A stretch of 63,873 nt of DNA, filler included, from Octopus bimaculoides (taxonomy: Eukaryota), in the NCBI RefSeq assembly GCF_001194135.2. It is 7 parts of 7 records of this genome, joined end to end, with 100 filler letters (N's around TTAATTAATTAA, not from the genome) between each part and the next. Parts side by side here need not be neighbours in the genome. Positions count along the whole stretch, not along the records: positions 35,832 to 44,450 come from NC_068984.1; positions 44,551 to 52,491 come from NC_068995.1; 5 more parts are not named here. The stretch is one strand, 5' to 3'. The notes under the pieces were generated by a model that saw nothing but the letters and a program-made list of their open reading frames with translations, made no database searches and was not told the DNA's origin. This document shows positions 37,880 to 50,795 of this stretch, one piece after another. The position numbers were made by a program, and so were the translations under genes. The first letter of the stretch is position 1. Each line of letters begins with the position of its first letter.

Positions 37880-38035
37880 CCTCTGTTTTCTGTTCCTCCA
37901 TTTTTTCCCTCACAATCCTTTCTGGCGAAGAGCGTAGGCTCGAAACGTCAAGGACTTTTCCATTCTTCCCGAGTGTCAAACTTATACACCTGCTTGTTGT
38001 TCCTTCACCTGTCTTCGTCTTTTGTTTTCTGTAGA
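37880..38035 (+). mobile_element. Short Penelope-type repeat with hammerhead motif, second copy
   Basis: Homologous to 9720-9875; a third, more decayed copy at ~38245-38315. Confidence 0.6.
37916..37954 (+). ncRNA. Minimal type-I hammerhead ribozyme-like motif (core variant CUGGCGA, GUC site)
   Basis: tcctt-t-ctggcga-a-gagc gtag gctc-gaaa-cgtc-aagga. Confidence 0.55.
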
Positions 38036-38369
38036 ATCACACAACAAAATCGCTCACATAGCATTCTACACTTATGCATATCTCACAACACTCCTATACG
38101 TGCACATAAGCACTTTCCATTCTTATTAGCTCTCCCGTGGACCCGCATTCCTACTTGGTTCCTAACTCCTAACCTTTCTCCTGTTTTCTACTCCGCTTTT
38201 TCTTCTTTCACACACTTCATTTACTCTTCGTTTATACTTGTATTCTAACGGAGGACTAATGTTCGAAAAGTTAAGACTCTTTCCCTTCCTTTTTAAGCGT
38301 TAAACTAATACAATAAATTTTAAAACTGTCTTTCTAGTGCTGTCCTTTTTGTTGCTTTCATTGTTTTCG

Positions 38370-38444
<75 letters not shown>

Positions 38445-38510
38445 ATGTGTGTGTGTGCGTATACAATTCTGGAATCATATTAATATATTGTTATATATTT
38501 GATATTACAG

Positions 38511-38716
38511 ATGAAGCTGCAGTTGAGAAAACTAAGGTGAATGGTGCAAACGGAATTAGCACCATTGGTGATGTTTTGGAAGCAATTAGGGTGGGATTTA
38601 ACATCAACTATACAGTGTCTAATACTTCAGAGAGAATTCCGTATCATACTTCACTAGCTGCTCAATATGGAACTTTAACATCCGAATCTTTGAAAACAAT
38701 TGACAGGAAGTTAAAG
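38511..38716 (+). CDS. Candidate internal exon (206 nt, phase 1-0) of an unidentified gene
   Basis: Acceptor gatattacag|, donor AAG|gtaatt; 68 open codons EAAVEKTKVNGANGISTIGDVLEAIRVGFNINYTVSNTSERIPYHTSLAAQYGTLTSESLKTIDRKLK; GC and complexity above the flanks. Confidence 0.6.
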
Positions 38717-39454
38717 GTAATTTTTAACACATTTTTTCTGTAGTCTGAGAACAGTAAAAAAGAAAAAATGTTATATTGTATGATATTATAAAACATGCAC
38801 GCATAAATTCAATGACAGCACCTCCTCATACGAATGCAAACACGAACCAATGAAAGAGACTCTGCTTAGTCACTCAACTCGGTAGAAATAACATGCAAAT
38901 CTCCCACAGGTTGTTCATTACTGGAATGCCTTATACCACATATCTACTCTATCAAGGCTAATGTAGGGCTAAAAGCAACAGTAACAACAACATATACACA
39001 TTTAGAGACTTATAGTATTACGCACATATATCTATACATACACAAATAAATGATCATTGCATGTACGCTAACACGTACATACAATCATATATTTATGATT
39101 AAAAAATCACACACACGCGCGCACACAACACACACTATCATGCACCCTCACAGGCACATACACACAGACATACAAACGCACACATGCACATACACAACAC
39201 TCACGTACACATTGATATTTATATCTACGACAACTACATATTCATGTATATACAATTAGACATGCGTAATATGTTTAGTACCCTTATATACGTGTATTTA
39301 ACGAACACTTATACATAATCACACATATAAAGTAAATAGTACAGTAAATGTGAAACATGATATATGCGCCGTAAAGAATTCCCGATTATTTAAATAAGTT
39401 TTTATTTTATTAAATTTAGTTTGGAATTGCACAAAAATAATTAAAATTGGCTCT

Positions 39455-39740
39455 TCGACTTTCAATTGTAGCGAACATCCAAAATGACAGGATTTTGTCC
39501 CGAAGGCACCCGTAAGGTGTTTCGCTGAATGAACTCGCTGGAGTGATGGTTTGGGCAGTAGTATCATTCGATGGCGGAAAATCTCTGGTGTTCATTTATA
39601 ACAGGACGAAGGTCAATTTAGCAATTTACATGAAAATGTTGGAGGATAATGTTTTGCCATGGGTGACCGAAGAATTTGGAGATAATTACGTGTTCACACA
39701 AGACGGTGCTCCTTATCATACGTCCAATGTGACACAGTAG
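39455..39740 (+). mobile_element. Tc1/mariner transposase catalytic-domain fragment (maT/DD37D-like)
   Basis: NIQNDR; MVWAVVSFDGGKSLVFI..KVN..IYMKMLEDNVLPW...YVFTQDGAPYHTS. Confidence 0.85.
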
Positions 39741-39962
39741 AATCCTGTGTTTAGGATTTACTTAGAATCCTATATTTTAAACATGGGAGATTACAATTCT
39801 GCGAAAAATGTCATTAAGAATTTCAATCATTTAAAATGTTTTTGCTCTCTCTCAGTCCCAAACCAGGCAACTGGCCGTAGTTTTTAGATTTTTGATAAAT
39901 CTTTAAAACTCTTATCAGCATTATATGTTTTAAGAGAGAACGATTTTACACAAATGAAATTA

Positions 39963-40138
39963 ATTAGGGTTTGGAGTTTAGAATTAAAATTTAGGGTTAG
40001 TTTTAGGGATAGGCATTATGATTTAGAGTTTAGGATTTAGGATTAGTGTTTAAGGTGAGGATTCAGGGTAGGATTTAGTGTTCATGGTTAGGGCTTAGAG
40101 CACAGGATTAGTGTTTAGGAGTTAGAGTTAGGGTTAAG
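39963..40138 (+). repeat. Degenerate TTAGGG-like tract
   Basis: ttagggtt, tttagggttag, ttagagtt, ttaggattag, gttagagttagggttaag. Confidence 0.7.
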
Positions 40139-41694
40139 CATTTAAATCCTTTTCCAAATCTTGCCTTCCCAGAGATACACTTCACTAGAGTTGTCTCTAC
40201 GTGATCATCTTCATAGGGGCACACAATAGTTGAAGCTGAGCACCAACCCATCGATCTTACCACGCATTGAACACCTACGAAAAATATCGGTGCTCCTCCG
40301 ACTATTCGATTTTAAACAAATCCAAGTAAAATTGCATCTAAATTTAAACGCTCCTTCCCACCAAACGTGTATAATGACAAGGCCAAAATTCACCGTTTAA
40401 GCGATAACTTTATCGAAAAAGAATTTTGTATCTATCACGGAAAATGACCGCTTGTTGGTTATTCCTAGATCAATAGAAGTAAAGAAGACGTGTGATCAAA
40501 GGTATTCCAGCCTGAGCTATTAGACTTCTTTTGGAAAATGTTCAGAATCATATTATCCAGTGTTTCCTTTCTTCATTTAAGACCAGATCCTGTGATGTCA
40601 AATTTAACTGATACTTCTACTGGCAGATCAAATATTTGCCTGCCTGCCTACCTACCTACCTACCTACCTACCTACCTACATACATACATACATACACACA
40701 TACATACATACATATATACATATATNNNNNNNNNNNNNNNNNNNNNNNNNNNNNNNNNNNNNNNNNNNNNNNNNNNNNNNNNNNNNNNNNNNNNNNNNNN
40801 NNNNNNNNNNNNNNNNNNNNNNNNNNNNNNNNNNNNNNNNNNNNNNNNNNNNNNNNNNNNNNNNNNNNNNNNNNNNNNNNNNNNNNNNNNNNNNNNNNNN
40901 NNNNNNNNNNNNNNNNNNNNNNNNNNNNNNNNNNNNNNNNNNNNNNNNNNNNNNNNNNNNNNNNNNNNNNNNNNNNNNNNNNNNNNNNNNNNNNNNNNNN
41001 NNNNNNNNNNNNNNNNNNNNNNNNNNNNNNNNNNNNNNNNNNNNNNNNNNNNNNNNNNNNNNNNNNNNNNNNNNNNNNNNNNNNNNNNNNNNNNNNNNNN
41101 NNNNNNNNNNNNNNNNNNNNNNNNNNNNNNNNNNNNNNNNNNNNNNNNNNNNNNNNNNNNNNNNNNNNNNNNNNNNNNNNNNNNNNNNNNNNNNNNNNNN
41201 NNNNNNNNNNNNNNNNNNNNNNNNNNNNNNNNNNNNNNNNNNNNNNNNNNNNNNNNNNNNNNNNNNNNNNNNNNNNNNNNNNNNNNNNNNNNNNNNNNNN
41301 NNNNNNNNNNNNNNNNNNNNNNNNNNNNNNNNNNNNNNNNNNNNNNNNNNNNNNNNNNNNNNNNNNNNNNNNNNNNNNNNNNNNNNNNNNNNNNNNNNNN
41401 NNNNNNNNNNNNNNNNNNNNNNNNNNNNNNNNNNNNNNNNNNNNNNNNNNNNNNNNNNNNNNNNNNNNNNNNNNNNNNNNNNNNNNNNNNNNNNNNNNNN
41501 NNNNNNNNNNNNNNNNNNNNNNNNNNNNNNNNNNNNNNNNNNNNNNNNNNNNNNNNNNNNNNNNNNNNNNNNNNNNNNNNNNNNNNNNNNNNNNNNNNNN
41601 NNNNNNNNNNNNNNNNNNNNNNNNNNNNNNNNNNNNNNNNNNNNNNNNNNNNNNNNNNNNNNNNNNNNNNNNNNNNNNNNNNNNNNNNNNNNNT

Positions 41695-41932
41695 ATATAT
41701 GTATGTGTGTGTATATGTTTGCGTGTCTGTGTTTGTCCCCCCCAACATCGCTTAACAACCGATGCTGGTGTGTTTACGTCCCCGTAACTTAGCGGTTCGG
41801 CAAAAGAAACCGATAGAATAAGTACTAGGCTTCCAAAGAATAAGTCCTGGGGTCGATTTGCTTGACTAAAGGCGGTGCTCCAGCATGGTCACAGTCAAAT
41901 GACTGAAACAAGTAAAAGAGTAAAGAGAGAGT
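41695..41932 (+). mobile_element. SINE family A 3' half (head lost in or before the gap)
   Basis: Very close match to the family tail. Confidence 0.9.
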
Positions 41933-42164
41933 ATAAATCTGATTTTGCTTCTATTATCACTAACAAATTGGACAAGTATCTAAAACAGAGCTCTTTCAAT
42001 CCATCCATGGTTATTGATTTGCATAAGTATAAATATACATGATAGTCTCTCCAGTCGAAGACGACGTATGAGTGCTCAGCGTTTTGCCGAACGAGCTGTA
42101 CAAACGATTTGTTTATAGTAAATTTGTTTATAGTAAATGTATGTGCTGTACATGGACGGAGTGA

Positions 42165-42352
42165 GCACTCCCTCCATCAAATCGACATTGCCTGAACAAG
42201 TGCACGGTGTACCACGCGTCATGTGTCGAAGTGATCTCAGAAAATATGAAATGAAGAGTTTTTCTCAAGAACACAACGCACCACCCGGTCTAGGAATGGA
42301 AATCACGATCTCGCAGAACCATAACCACTTAGCCATGCGTTCTCCCATGCAT
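42165..42352 (-). mobile_element. tRNA-head SINE fragment of another family
   Basis: Reverse-complement head gggagaacgcatggctaagtggtt...gatttccattcc; caagaacacaacgc shared with 59370-59640. Confidence 0.6.
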
Positions 42353-42611
42353 CCTCAGATATACATATACATATAAATACTCATACGCACGCACACACAT
42401 TCATGATACGTCTCAAACTTGGATCGATTAGGCCAAATTCTTAAGGAGGAGGAAGAGAGGGAAGAGGAGGAGAAGGAGGAGGATGATTTTACAAGAAAGG
42501 GTGGGGGAGGCAAACGTTTAAAGCAAGATGGTGATGAAGAAAGGATGGTAGAGACATTATTCTGCTTGAACAGTTAAAAATAGCTTTGTTGAATCTAGGT
42601 AGATACTTTCT

Positions 42612-42844
42612 TATTTTTTTATTGCCCACAAGGGGCTACACACAGAGGGGACAAACAAGGACAGACAAACGGATTAAGTCGATTACATCGACCCCAGTGC
42701 GTAACTGGTACTTAATTTATCGACCACGAAAGGATGAAAGGCTAAGTCGACCCCGGCGGAATTTGAACTCAGAACGTAGCGGCAAACGAAATACCGCTAA
42801 GCATTTTGCCCGGCGTGCTAACGTTTCTGCCAGTTCGCCGCCGT
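42612..42844 (-). mobile_element. SINE family B variant with perfect 19-bp TSD (young)
   Basis: atctaggtagatactttct at 42593-42611 and 42845-42863. Confidence 0.95.
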
Positions 42845-44343
42845 ATCTAGGTAGATACTTTCTGTTAAGTTGGTTATAGTTAGTATTAGATATAAGTGAT
42901 TGCTTTTCATGTTTCTGTCCATTCAAGCATGTATGTAAATACAGATGTGAAAGATTATATGTGTGTAGGTGCGCTAGTCAGGAATATGTTAAATCGAGTT
43001 GTTTATTTTGAAAGCTTGTGATATTGTTGAGTTCATTCAAGTATGTATGTAAATGGAGGCTGGGAGATGGCAGCAGAAGCCAGAGAACAGTTAAAATTTA
43101 GTGGTTTCTGTTTAAAGGTTGCATCCGAGCAAATCTTGAACTTAGTAAAAGGATCACTTTTAAATAATGGCTTTATAGATAAAAAGGAACATTGTTATTA
43201 AGTTCAACAAGAAGTTTTTCTGACAAGATCACTTAGAGGATACGTTTTCAATATTTACGATGAAATAAGCATTAATTTTTACCCTCTGATTTTTTTTTTG
43301 CTTCTTTGCCGATTACTTTATACCATAGTGATTAAATTCAAATCAATTTTACCCTTTCAAAACGAGTTTAGATCAGATTAATATCATACACTGCATGCTG
43401 TATGAATTCAAAGCCAGTTCATTCCTAGCCCTATTATCTCCCCTAGATTGTTGTTTTCAGTTTGCTACATTTAATAATAAACTTCCGAACGTTCTTTTTA
43501 ATATTTATAGCGACAATATTTACTACCTAAATCTGTAATATTAACAACTAATTTCCTGTTTTTTTACCTCATATTTAATACACACAAACGAATATTAGTT
43601 CTTTCTCTAGCACAACTCCATTTTACGTAGCTCTTTAAGCATTTCTACCCCTTAATACTTGTTTATGTTACATTCCAGCAGCCATCTATACACTACATCC
43701 TCTAGTTTAACTTCATTTACATGTACAAATTTTTATAAATACAAACCACACCTAATATTGTTTATAACTGTCAGGTTAAATCCTAATTCAAACATTTGGA
43801 CATTTCTATAAAACTTCCTTTGCACGATTATTTGGATTCAGAATTACTTATCTCCTTAATCTTCTATAGAGGGAACGTCTCATAAAACCTTTTTTCACTT
43901 ATATTTTCAAATAACCGTTAGTTGCATTAGTTTTAGTTTATACATAACTAAACTCACATTCATTATTATGATGCTCGCATTTCTCATAAGGATAAATATG
44001 AATATCCAAATCAAATTAATTTAATTATTTCTTTTGAACCATGAATTTGCATGTTTGTATATCACTGTTTGAAACGATCGTATGCATAAATTAAAAATCC
44101 CTTAAATTTTAGCATCTTCTCATCTCCATTTTTAACAAATTTGTTGTGTTTGATGGGATACCTTTCCATAAATTCACATAACAAACCATATACAAGTATT
44201 ATTTTCATATTCGCAAACTTACGCCAGTGAGATACCAGCAAAATATGAAATATCTATATTAGAAATCGTTTGTTCGAATCCTTCAAATTAAAGGACGAAA
44301 AATAATTCAACCATTTCACACACACACGCACGCGCGCGCGCGT

Positions 44344-44375
<32 letters not shown>

Positions 44376-44412
44376 ATATTTTTGTTTATAAATATATATA
44401 TAAATATATATA

Positions 44413-44450
<38 letters not shown>

Positions 44451-45365
44451 NNNNNNNNNNNNNNNNNNNNNNNNNNNNNNNNNNNNNNNNNNNNTTAATT
44501 AATTAANNNNNNNNNNNNNNNNNNNNNNNNNNNNNNNNNNNNNNNNNNNNATATATATATATATATATATAGTCAATGGATTATAAAGACAAAGGCAGGC
44601 TTAAAGTTGTTTTCTTATTTTAACAATTATTTTGATACCTGAGAAATGTAACTTGTGCAATAAAGGTGAAATAAAGGCACTTGAATACAATGAGTTTTAA
44701 CCTTATTTTGTTCTTTAATGCATATTGTTAACACTCTTGCTTCTTATTTTGAGAGATTCAATTACCATAAGCTAACTGCAGTCATTAATTTTTCCAGACG
44801 GTTTGTACTACTTTACAAACTCATTTTATTTGGCCTGAATAGCTATCGTTCATTTAGCAACGGTCTTTATATCATATATATGTCACCCAGCTAGTTTAAA
44901 CGTCTAATTGATAAATTGACGATGGCTGTCAAATTTCAACAGCAAATATTTTCCTTGAATTTATAAACAAACAGAGATGTTATATGAAGATTATTACCAA
45001 GCTAACTAAACTGTTCAAACAAACACGAAGAACTAATTTAAAGCCAAATAGCGTTAGTTTGTTAATGAAATAAAATCGTATGGGGCTAAAAAAAAAGAGA
45101 GAGAGAGAAAGAGAGAGTTTCTGGACTGAGTGAGAAAATCGTACAAGTTCTAAACTCAACGCAGATTGAGAATAAAGAAAGCAGCTCTAAAATAATGGCT
45201 TATATATTTCAATAGATAGATTCTCCGGTAGAACTTCTCTAACTCAGCGGTGGGAAACTAGAAATAGCCTAATTGGATCGAGTAGTCTGCTGGCAATCAA
45301 ACAATCTTTCATACGTCAGATTTACATTTATGTTTTCCCCAGTTCAGTTACTACAAATGAGTTAC

Positions 45366-45445
45366 CATAACTTTACTCTGTCATAACTTTACTCTGTCAT
45401 AACTTTACTCTGTCATAACTTTACTCTGTCATAACTTTACTCTGT
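45366..45445. repeat. 16-bp minisatellite, 5 perfect copies
   Basis: (cataactttactctgt)x5. Confidence 0.97.
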
Positions 45446-45600
45446 TAAACCTTTATTCAGCTAAACTTCACGTTGTTAACTCGAGTGCTTTACAATCAAG
45501 TTAAATCTTTTCTTTATTAAAACATCATTACGCCAAACTTTTATCCTAATAAACTTTTATACCGCAAAATTTTAACATTAACCTTTTTTTTTTTTTGCAA

Positions 45601-45705
45601 GGTTCAGGCGTGGCTGTGTGGTAAGAAGCTTGCTTCCCAGTGACATGGTTCGGAGTTCAGTACCACTGCATGGTACCTTGGGCAAGTGCTTTCTACTATA
45701 GCCTC
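45601..45705 (+). mobile_element. SINE family A head only
   Basis: caggcgtggctgtgtggtaag...ggcaagtgctttctactatagcctc. Confidence 0.85.
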
Positions 45706-46015
45706 CGTCACGGTATCTCATACGAGCTGCTTATCCGTCAACCACACCATCACCAGCTTCTCCATATTTTCATGGATAGATGTCCGCTGTTTAGAAATTA
45801 TTTTAACGTCCTTGACTGGCGTTATAGCCTTTATCGACTCGTTCTGCTTCAGTATGGTGCAGGTCGTTGAAGCGCTACGCTCCTACTGCTTCGCCATGTC
45901 GACTACACGCACACCTTGATCATGTTTTATTGATAATTTCTTTTTTGATTCAATGCACATCAATCATCCACTTCTTTTCACCACTATCCTTCGCACTAAT
46001 TTTCTTCGGACCCAT
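45697..46015 (-). mobile_element. Tigger/pogo transposase N-terminus (CENP-B-type HTH), degenerate
   Basis: MGPKKISAKD..KKEII.KHDQGVRVVDMAKQ*ERSASTTCTILKQNESIKAITP..IISKQRTSIHENMEKLVMVWLTDKQL..DTVTEAI. Confidence 0.88.
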
Positions 46016-46401
46016 GGTTGGAAAAATGAAGTTTTGCAAAATAACTACAAGCACAATCGAGAGCACAACATTTAATGTTTCTGTGGCCTGTAACGACTGA
46101 GTAAGCATTTTACCACCCGTCCAGCTAACGATCCACTAACGATCTTCATACTTGCTAACGCGCATGTCTGTCTAGCTACCGATCTACTAATGACCTTCTC
46201 ACATACTAACGTGCAAATCTGTCTAGTGTGACAAAGTATGGTGGGCGGATGTTACGGCGTTCACAGTAGCGTTCGCTACCCCAACTAGCGGTTGGGTATC
46301 TGAAGCTGACTCCTAAACCGAATTTTAGCTCGCAACTCAAAGTAAAATGTCGGCCGTGAGAAAAAACTCGTTAGTTGGGACACTCGTAAATCAAGGTGCC
46401 A

Positions 46402-46465
<64 letters not shown>

Positions 46466-47321
46466 AGAGACTGAGAGAGAGAGAGAGAGAGAGATAACAG
46501 AAGTAAATAGACACCCCATAAAACATCGTTTTATGTTTATTCTAACTTGTAAAGGTTTATATTCTTTTATTAAGTGACATTTTTATGCTTCAGGTGTTAT
46601 ATGTGATTGTTTAATCATGCCGTGTACAAAAGAGGCCCTGTAACAAAGTTATCATGGAACATACCAAGTTGTTCAAAACCTTTCTCCTTCCCAGAAATCT
46701 TCATTGAACATTGTATACTCACTGTACGCGTTCGTTTGTCACGCGTCTGAATAACACCTTGAACGTGAAGTTATTCGCACAGAACGTGTGTTGTTGTTTA
46801 CTGCACAGAGGTATTTCATGGTTACTGGATTAACGATTCAGTCCAATTATTAAAGTGTTGACGTTTTTATTAGCGACATTCCACGCTAAATATCTATATC
46901 TGCACCTGGGCCATTTCTGCGTGATGTACATGATATTTTCCGGCCGAAAATATTAGCTGTTAATCTCTCTGAATTTCTTCAGGGCAGCAAAAAAAGCTTT
47001 CTGGCGTTCATGGAGATTGAATTTGGTATTAAAAAAAAAATGAGTTTGCTGGACAAAATGTCTCATTTACCTGAGATGACGAGCATAACAAAAATGGATA
47101 TATTTTCAAGATAGATATTTCATTTATTTTCTATATTTTCTCTGTTCCAAATAGACGGGATCTGGAAGAAATTATCTGGAAGAAATTATTCCAATACCGA
47201 TATCTGATCGAAAATGAACTATTTCAACATACTTTTAAATATATAGCGTGATTTTTCATGGTAGTATCATATAAACATTTTTGAAAACCTGTTTTGGTTT
47301 ATCTATCTATCTATCTATCTG

Positions 47322-47353
<32 letters not shown>

Positions 47354-47415
47354 CTATCTATCTATCTATCTGTCTATTTGTCTAGCTGTCTATCTATCTA
47401 TCTATCTATCTATCT

Positions 47416-47516
<101 letters not shown>

Positions 47517-48109
47517 ACAGGCTCAATTAACAGATCTGAGAAGAAGGTCATTGATTAATATAACCAATATAACCAACCAATTCATATATGTAAAGTAAAC
47601 CATTTTGCTATTTGTTATTGTAGAACAGGTCGGTTGTTTAAGTTGTTATTGCGCTTGTATTGTTCCTATATGAGCATTGGTTATAAAAGCCTCTGAAGCA
47701 TGAAAGTTATTGAAAAAATAACAAAACAAAAAAACAAGAAAAAACCACAAGTATTTTGGCAAAGAGTCGATTTACATTTTCAATTGTGTTCGACTAAAGA
47801 TTCAATGAAGGAACAACTGGATGAAAGAAAGCATACCTTGGCTTGAATGATTTTTCTCAATAGGTTAGTGTTTACCTTCCCAACTCTTTGCTATCCATAA
47901 CATTTTAAATACAATGCTATTTATATCTTAGCTTCGCTGTTTATCATTAAGAATAATTTGAAAAAGAAAAATATGAACGCTGTTCTGAATCGCTTAGTAG
48001 ACAGGTTTAAGACTAGGTGTGTTCTATAGCTTGTTGTTTGCTTTGTTATATTTCAATTTTCAAACGTCGACGAAATTTGATTTTTATGGGACATTTCAAC
48101 GATTTTGTC

Positions 48110-48379
<270 letters not shown>

Positions 48380-49452
48380 GCAAACTTTGCAAGCTTTGCA
48401 GAGAGAGAGAGAGTGGCCTGCAGACTCTCTGCATCCTACCTCAACGGGGTCAGCTCTTGCTTTCTTCACATTGCTTAAGCTTCAGCATATTTTCTCTTCT
48501 TATTTGCCTCCTAAGTACGATACTCTTAGAGAAATTCCTCAAACACTTGGCCCCTTAATCTAACTCTCAGACAGGCCTAGATGTCGAGACAAGATTGACT
48601 TTTGAATTATAACAGGTATAGCCCAATCTATAGGCTTTCTTCTGCACATTTCCTACAAAACTTGGTGCAATCTGAGACTAAGGTAGATGATTCATTTTTT
48701 CAAAGTGCCTCAGGGAAGGATCGAAATCATCTTTTTATGATTGTGAAGCGAACTCTTCGTCTAAAACTGTGCTCCTTTACAACTGGATGATGAAGTAATG
48801 GACAAAGAACAAGGCATCGATCTGCTTAATGTTACTGAACACGAGCTAAGCATCGGTTCATGATCCATGAAAACATCTTTCATTGTTTGATTCATCACTT
48901 GGCTATGGTCGTGTAAATGGCACCGAGCCAGTGTCTCAATAAATTATATCTAAGTTCAGTACAAGGCTACAAATCACGGGCGTTGGTGTTCAGTCGAAAG
49001 AAGCCGAGACTGTCAATTGACTGGTTACCTATTTTATCTACTCAAAATGGATGTATCGGAGGACGAAAGGAAGGCAGAAAGGAGAAAACAAGTCTAAGTG
49101 GAGTTAACTTGTAATACTCAGTCCATTGTGTCACTCAAATCGCCTAGAATTGTAATTAATAAAGAAATGTTTATGTCATTCGTGTTTTATATGTCTCTAT
49201 ATCTAGAAATGTTTCCATGCTAAAACAATGTTGAGTGCAATATAATCCTTGTTGTGTTTGTTCTGATTAATTATCTTTCGTCAAACTAAACATTTTTCAT
49301 AGCATTTCTAACTGCAACTGCAACGAAATGACGCAAAATAATAGATTACGTAAAAAGCAAGAAAAAAAAAACATCTCAAAATACAAACAATAAAGACAAC
49401 ATACAGAGAAAAAAAGGAAAGGCTCACATACACACACATATTACACACACAC

Positions 49453-49492
<40 letters not shown>

Positions 49493-50559
49493 TAAACATA
49501 TAAACACATATATATAATATACACACATATATAATATATATACATAATATACATGTGCATAAACATGTATGTATGTACGCGTGCGTGCATGTATGTATGT
49601 ATGTATGTATGTATGTATGTATGTATGTATGTATGTATGTATAAACTTCAAAATCTTTGCCAGAAGCTGAAGCCTCGTTTTCGTATCGTATGAGATGTTC
49701 GTTCATCTAAGATGACAAGCGACTCGCGTTTATAACAATACTAACATAACCTGTACATCTACCATTATATTGACCTGATAGTCAATTAGAACGAGTAAAT
49801 CCTGTTAGGATTCAAGAAAGAATTTGAAGTAATTTGCCGTCTCAGACTGTTCATATTGACCGAAAGGGTGTTATTTTTACACTTTCAAGCCTCCGTTCGC
49901 TATATACATGTATGTCTGTCTGTCTATCTGTATGCATGGTGTGTGCTTTTGTTGACGATGTTATTACATAGACACTTCTACACAAGGCCGCTTACAGAAT
50001 CTGACGTTTCACTGAACAAATAACGATTTGTTTTCTTGCACGTGAGCGACTGAGCTAAAGACAGAAAGCAAAAGAGGGTGAGAGAGAAAGAAGGTGAAAG
50101 AAAGAAAGAAACACAGATAGAAAGAGAGAGAGAGAGAAAGCAAGTGGGAGAGAAAGCCAGTGAGAGAGCAAGTAAGAAAGAGAAGGAGGGAGCAAAAGAG
50201 AGCCAGTGTGTTTTTGCTATAGAGAATACTGGAAAAATAGTGTATATTAAAAAATATTAGATTCTTGGCATTAAATCAGAGTATGTCCATAATTGCCTCT
50301 GAATATGTAGGTATAGTCTACTGGTTTTACTTTTTTCTAAAATTTCTCGTGGAGAAAGAGGTCGCCTTTAGTCTAAGAGAAACAAGGCTCTTTATTGGTA
50401 TTATATATATGTATGATTGTGTGTGAGTGTATAAATAATACAAAGAGCCGACTCTCTCTCTCCTACCCTGTATTATGAGAGAATACAACATGCCAGGAGG
50501 AAGTCAGTACATGTAGTAGGATATCTTTTATACCAAACACTCGAGGAGACACAGATTGC

Positions 50560-50670
50560 AGTGATTGATGTAACACAGCTAAATGAACAATAACCTATCG
50601 GTAAGGGGCAGCTGCAGCATGGGTCGAAACGATCGTCGCGTTCAATAAAGAATCGTACCAAATCCATTTT
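50560..50670 (+). mobile_element. Possible Penelope-type tail remnant
   Basis: gtcgaaacgatcgtc (GAA + palindrome ACGATCGT + C) followed by aataaa. Confidence 0.4.
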
Positions 50671-50724
50671 CCGTTTCCTTTTTCAAATATATATATATAT
50701 ACATACATATATATATATATATAT

Positions 50725-50795
50725 ATTCTTTTATTCTTTTATTTGTTTCAGTCATTTCACTGCCGCCATGCTGGAGCACCGCCTTTTAGTCGAAC
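50725..50795 (-). mobile_element. SINE family A extreme 3' end
   Basis: ttgtttcagtcatttcactgccgccatgctggagcaccgccttttagtcgaac. Confidence 0.85.

Noticed and set aside
43030-43200. 53-codon frame MYVNGGWEMAAEAREQLKFSGFCLKV...
   Set aside because: Phase incompatible with exon 38716, no donor, no recognisable homology
46600-46760. Gypsy integrase-tail-like EAL*QSYHGTYQVV
   Set aside because: A single short motif with a stop; no LTR or other domains
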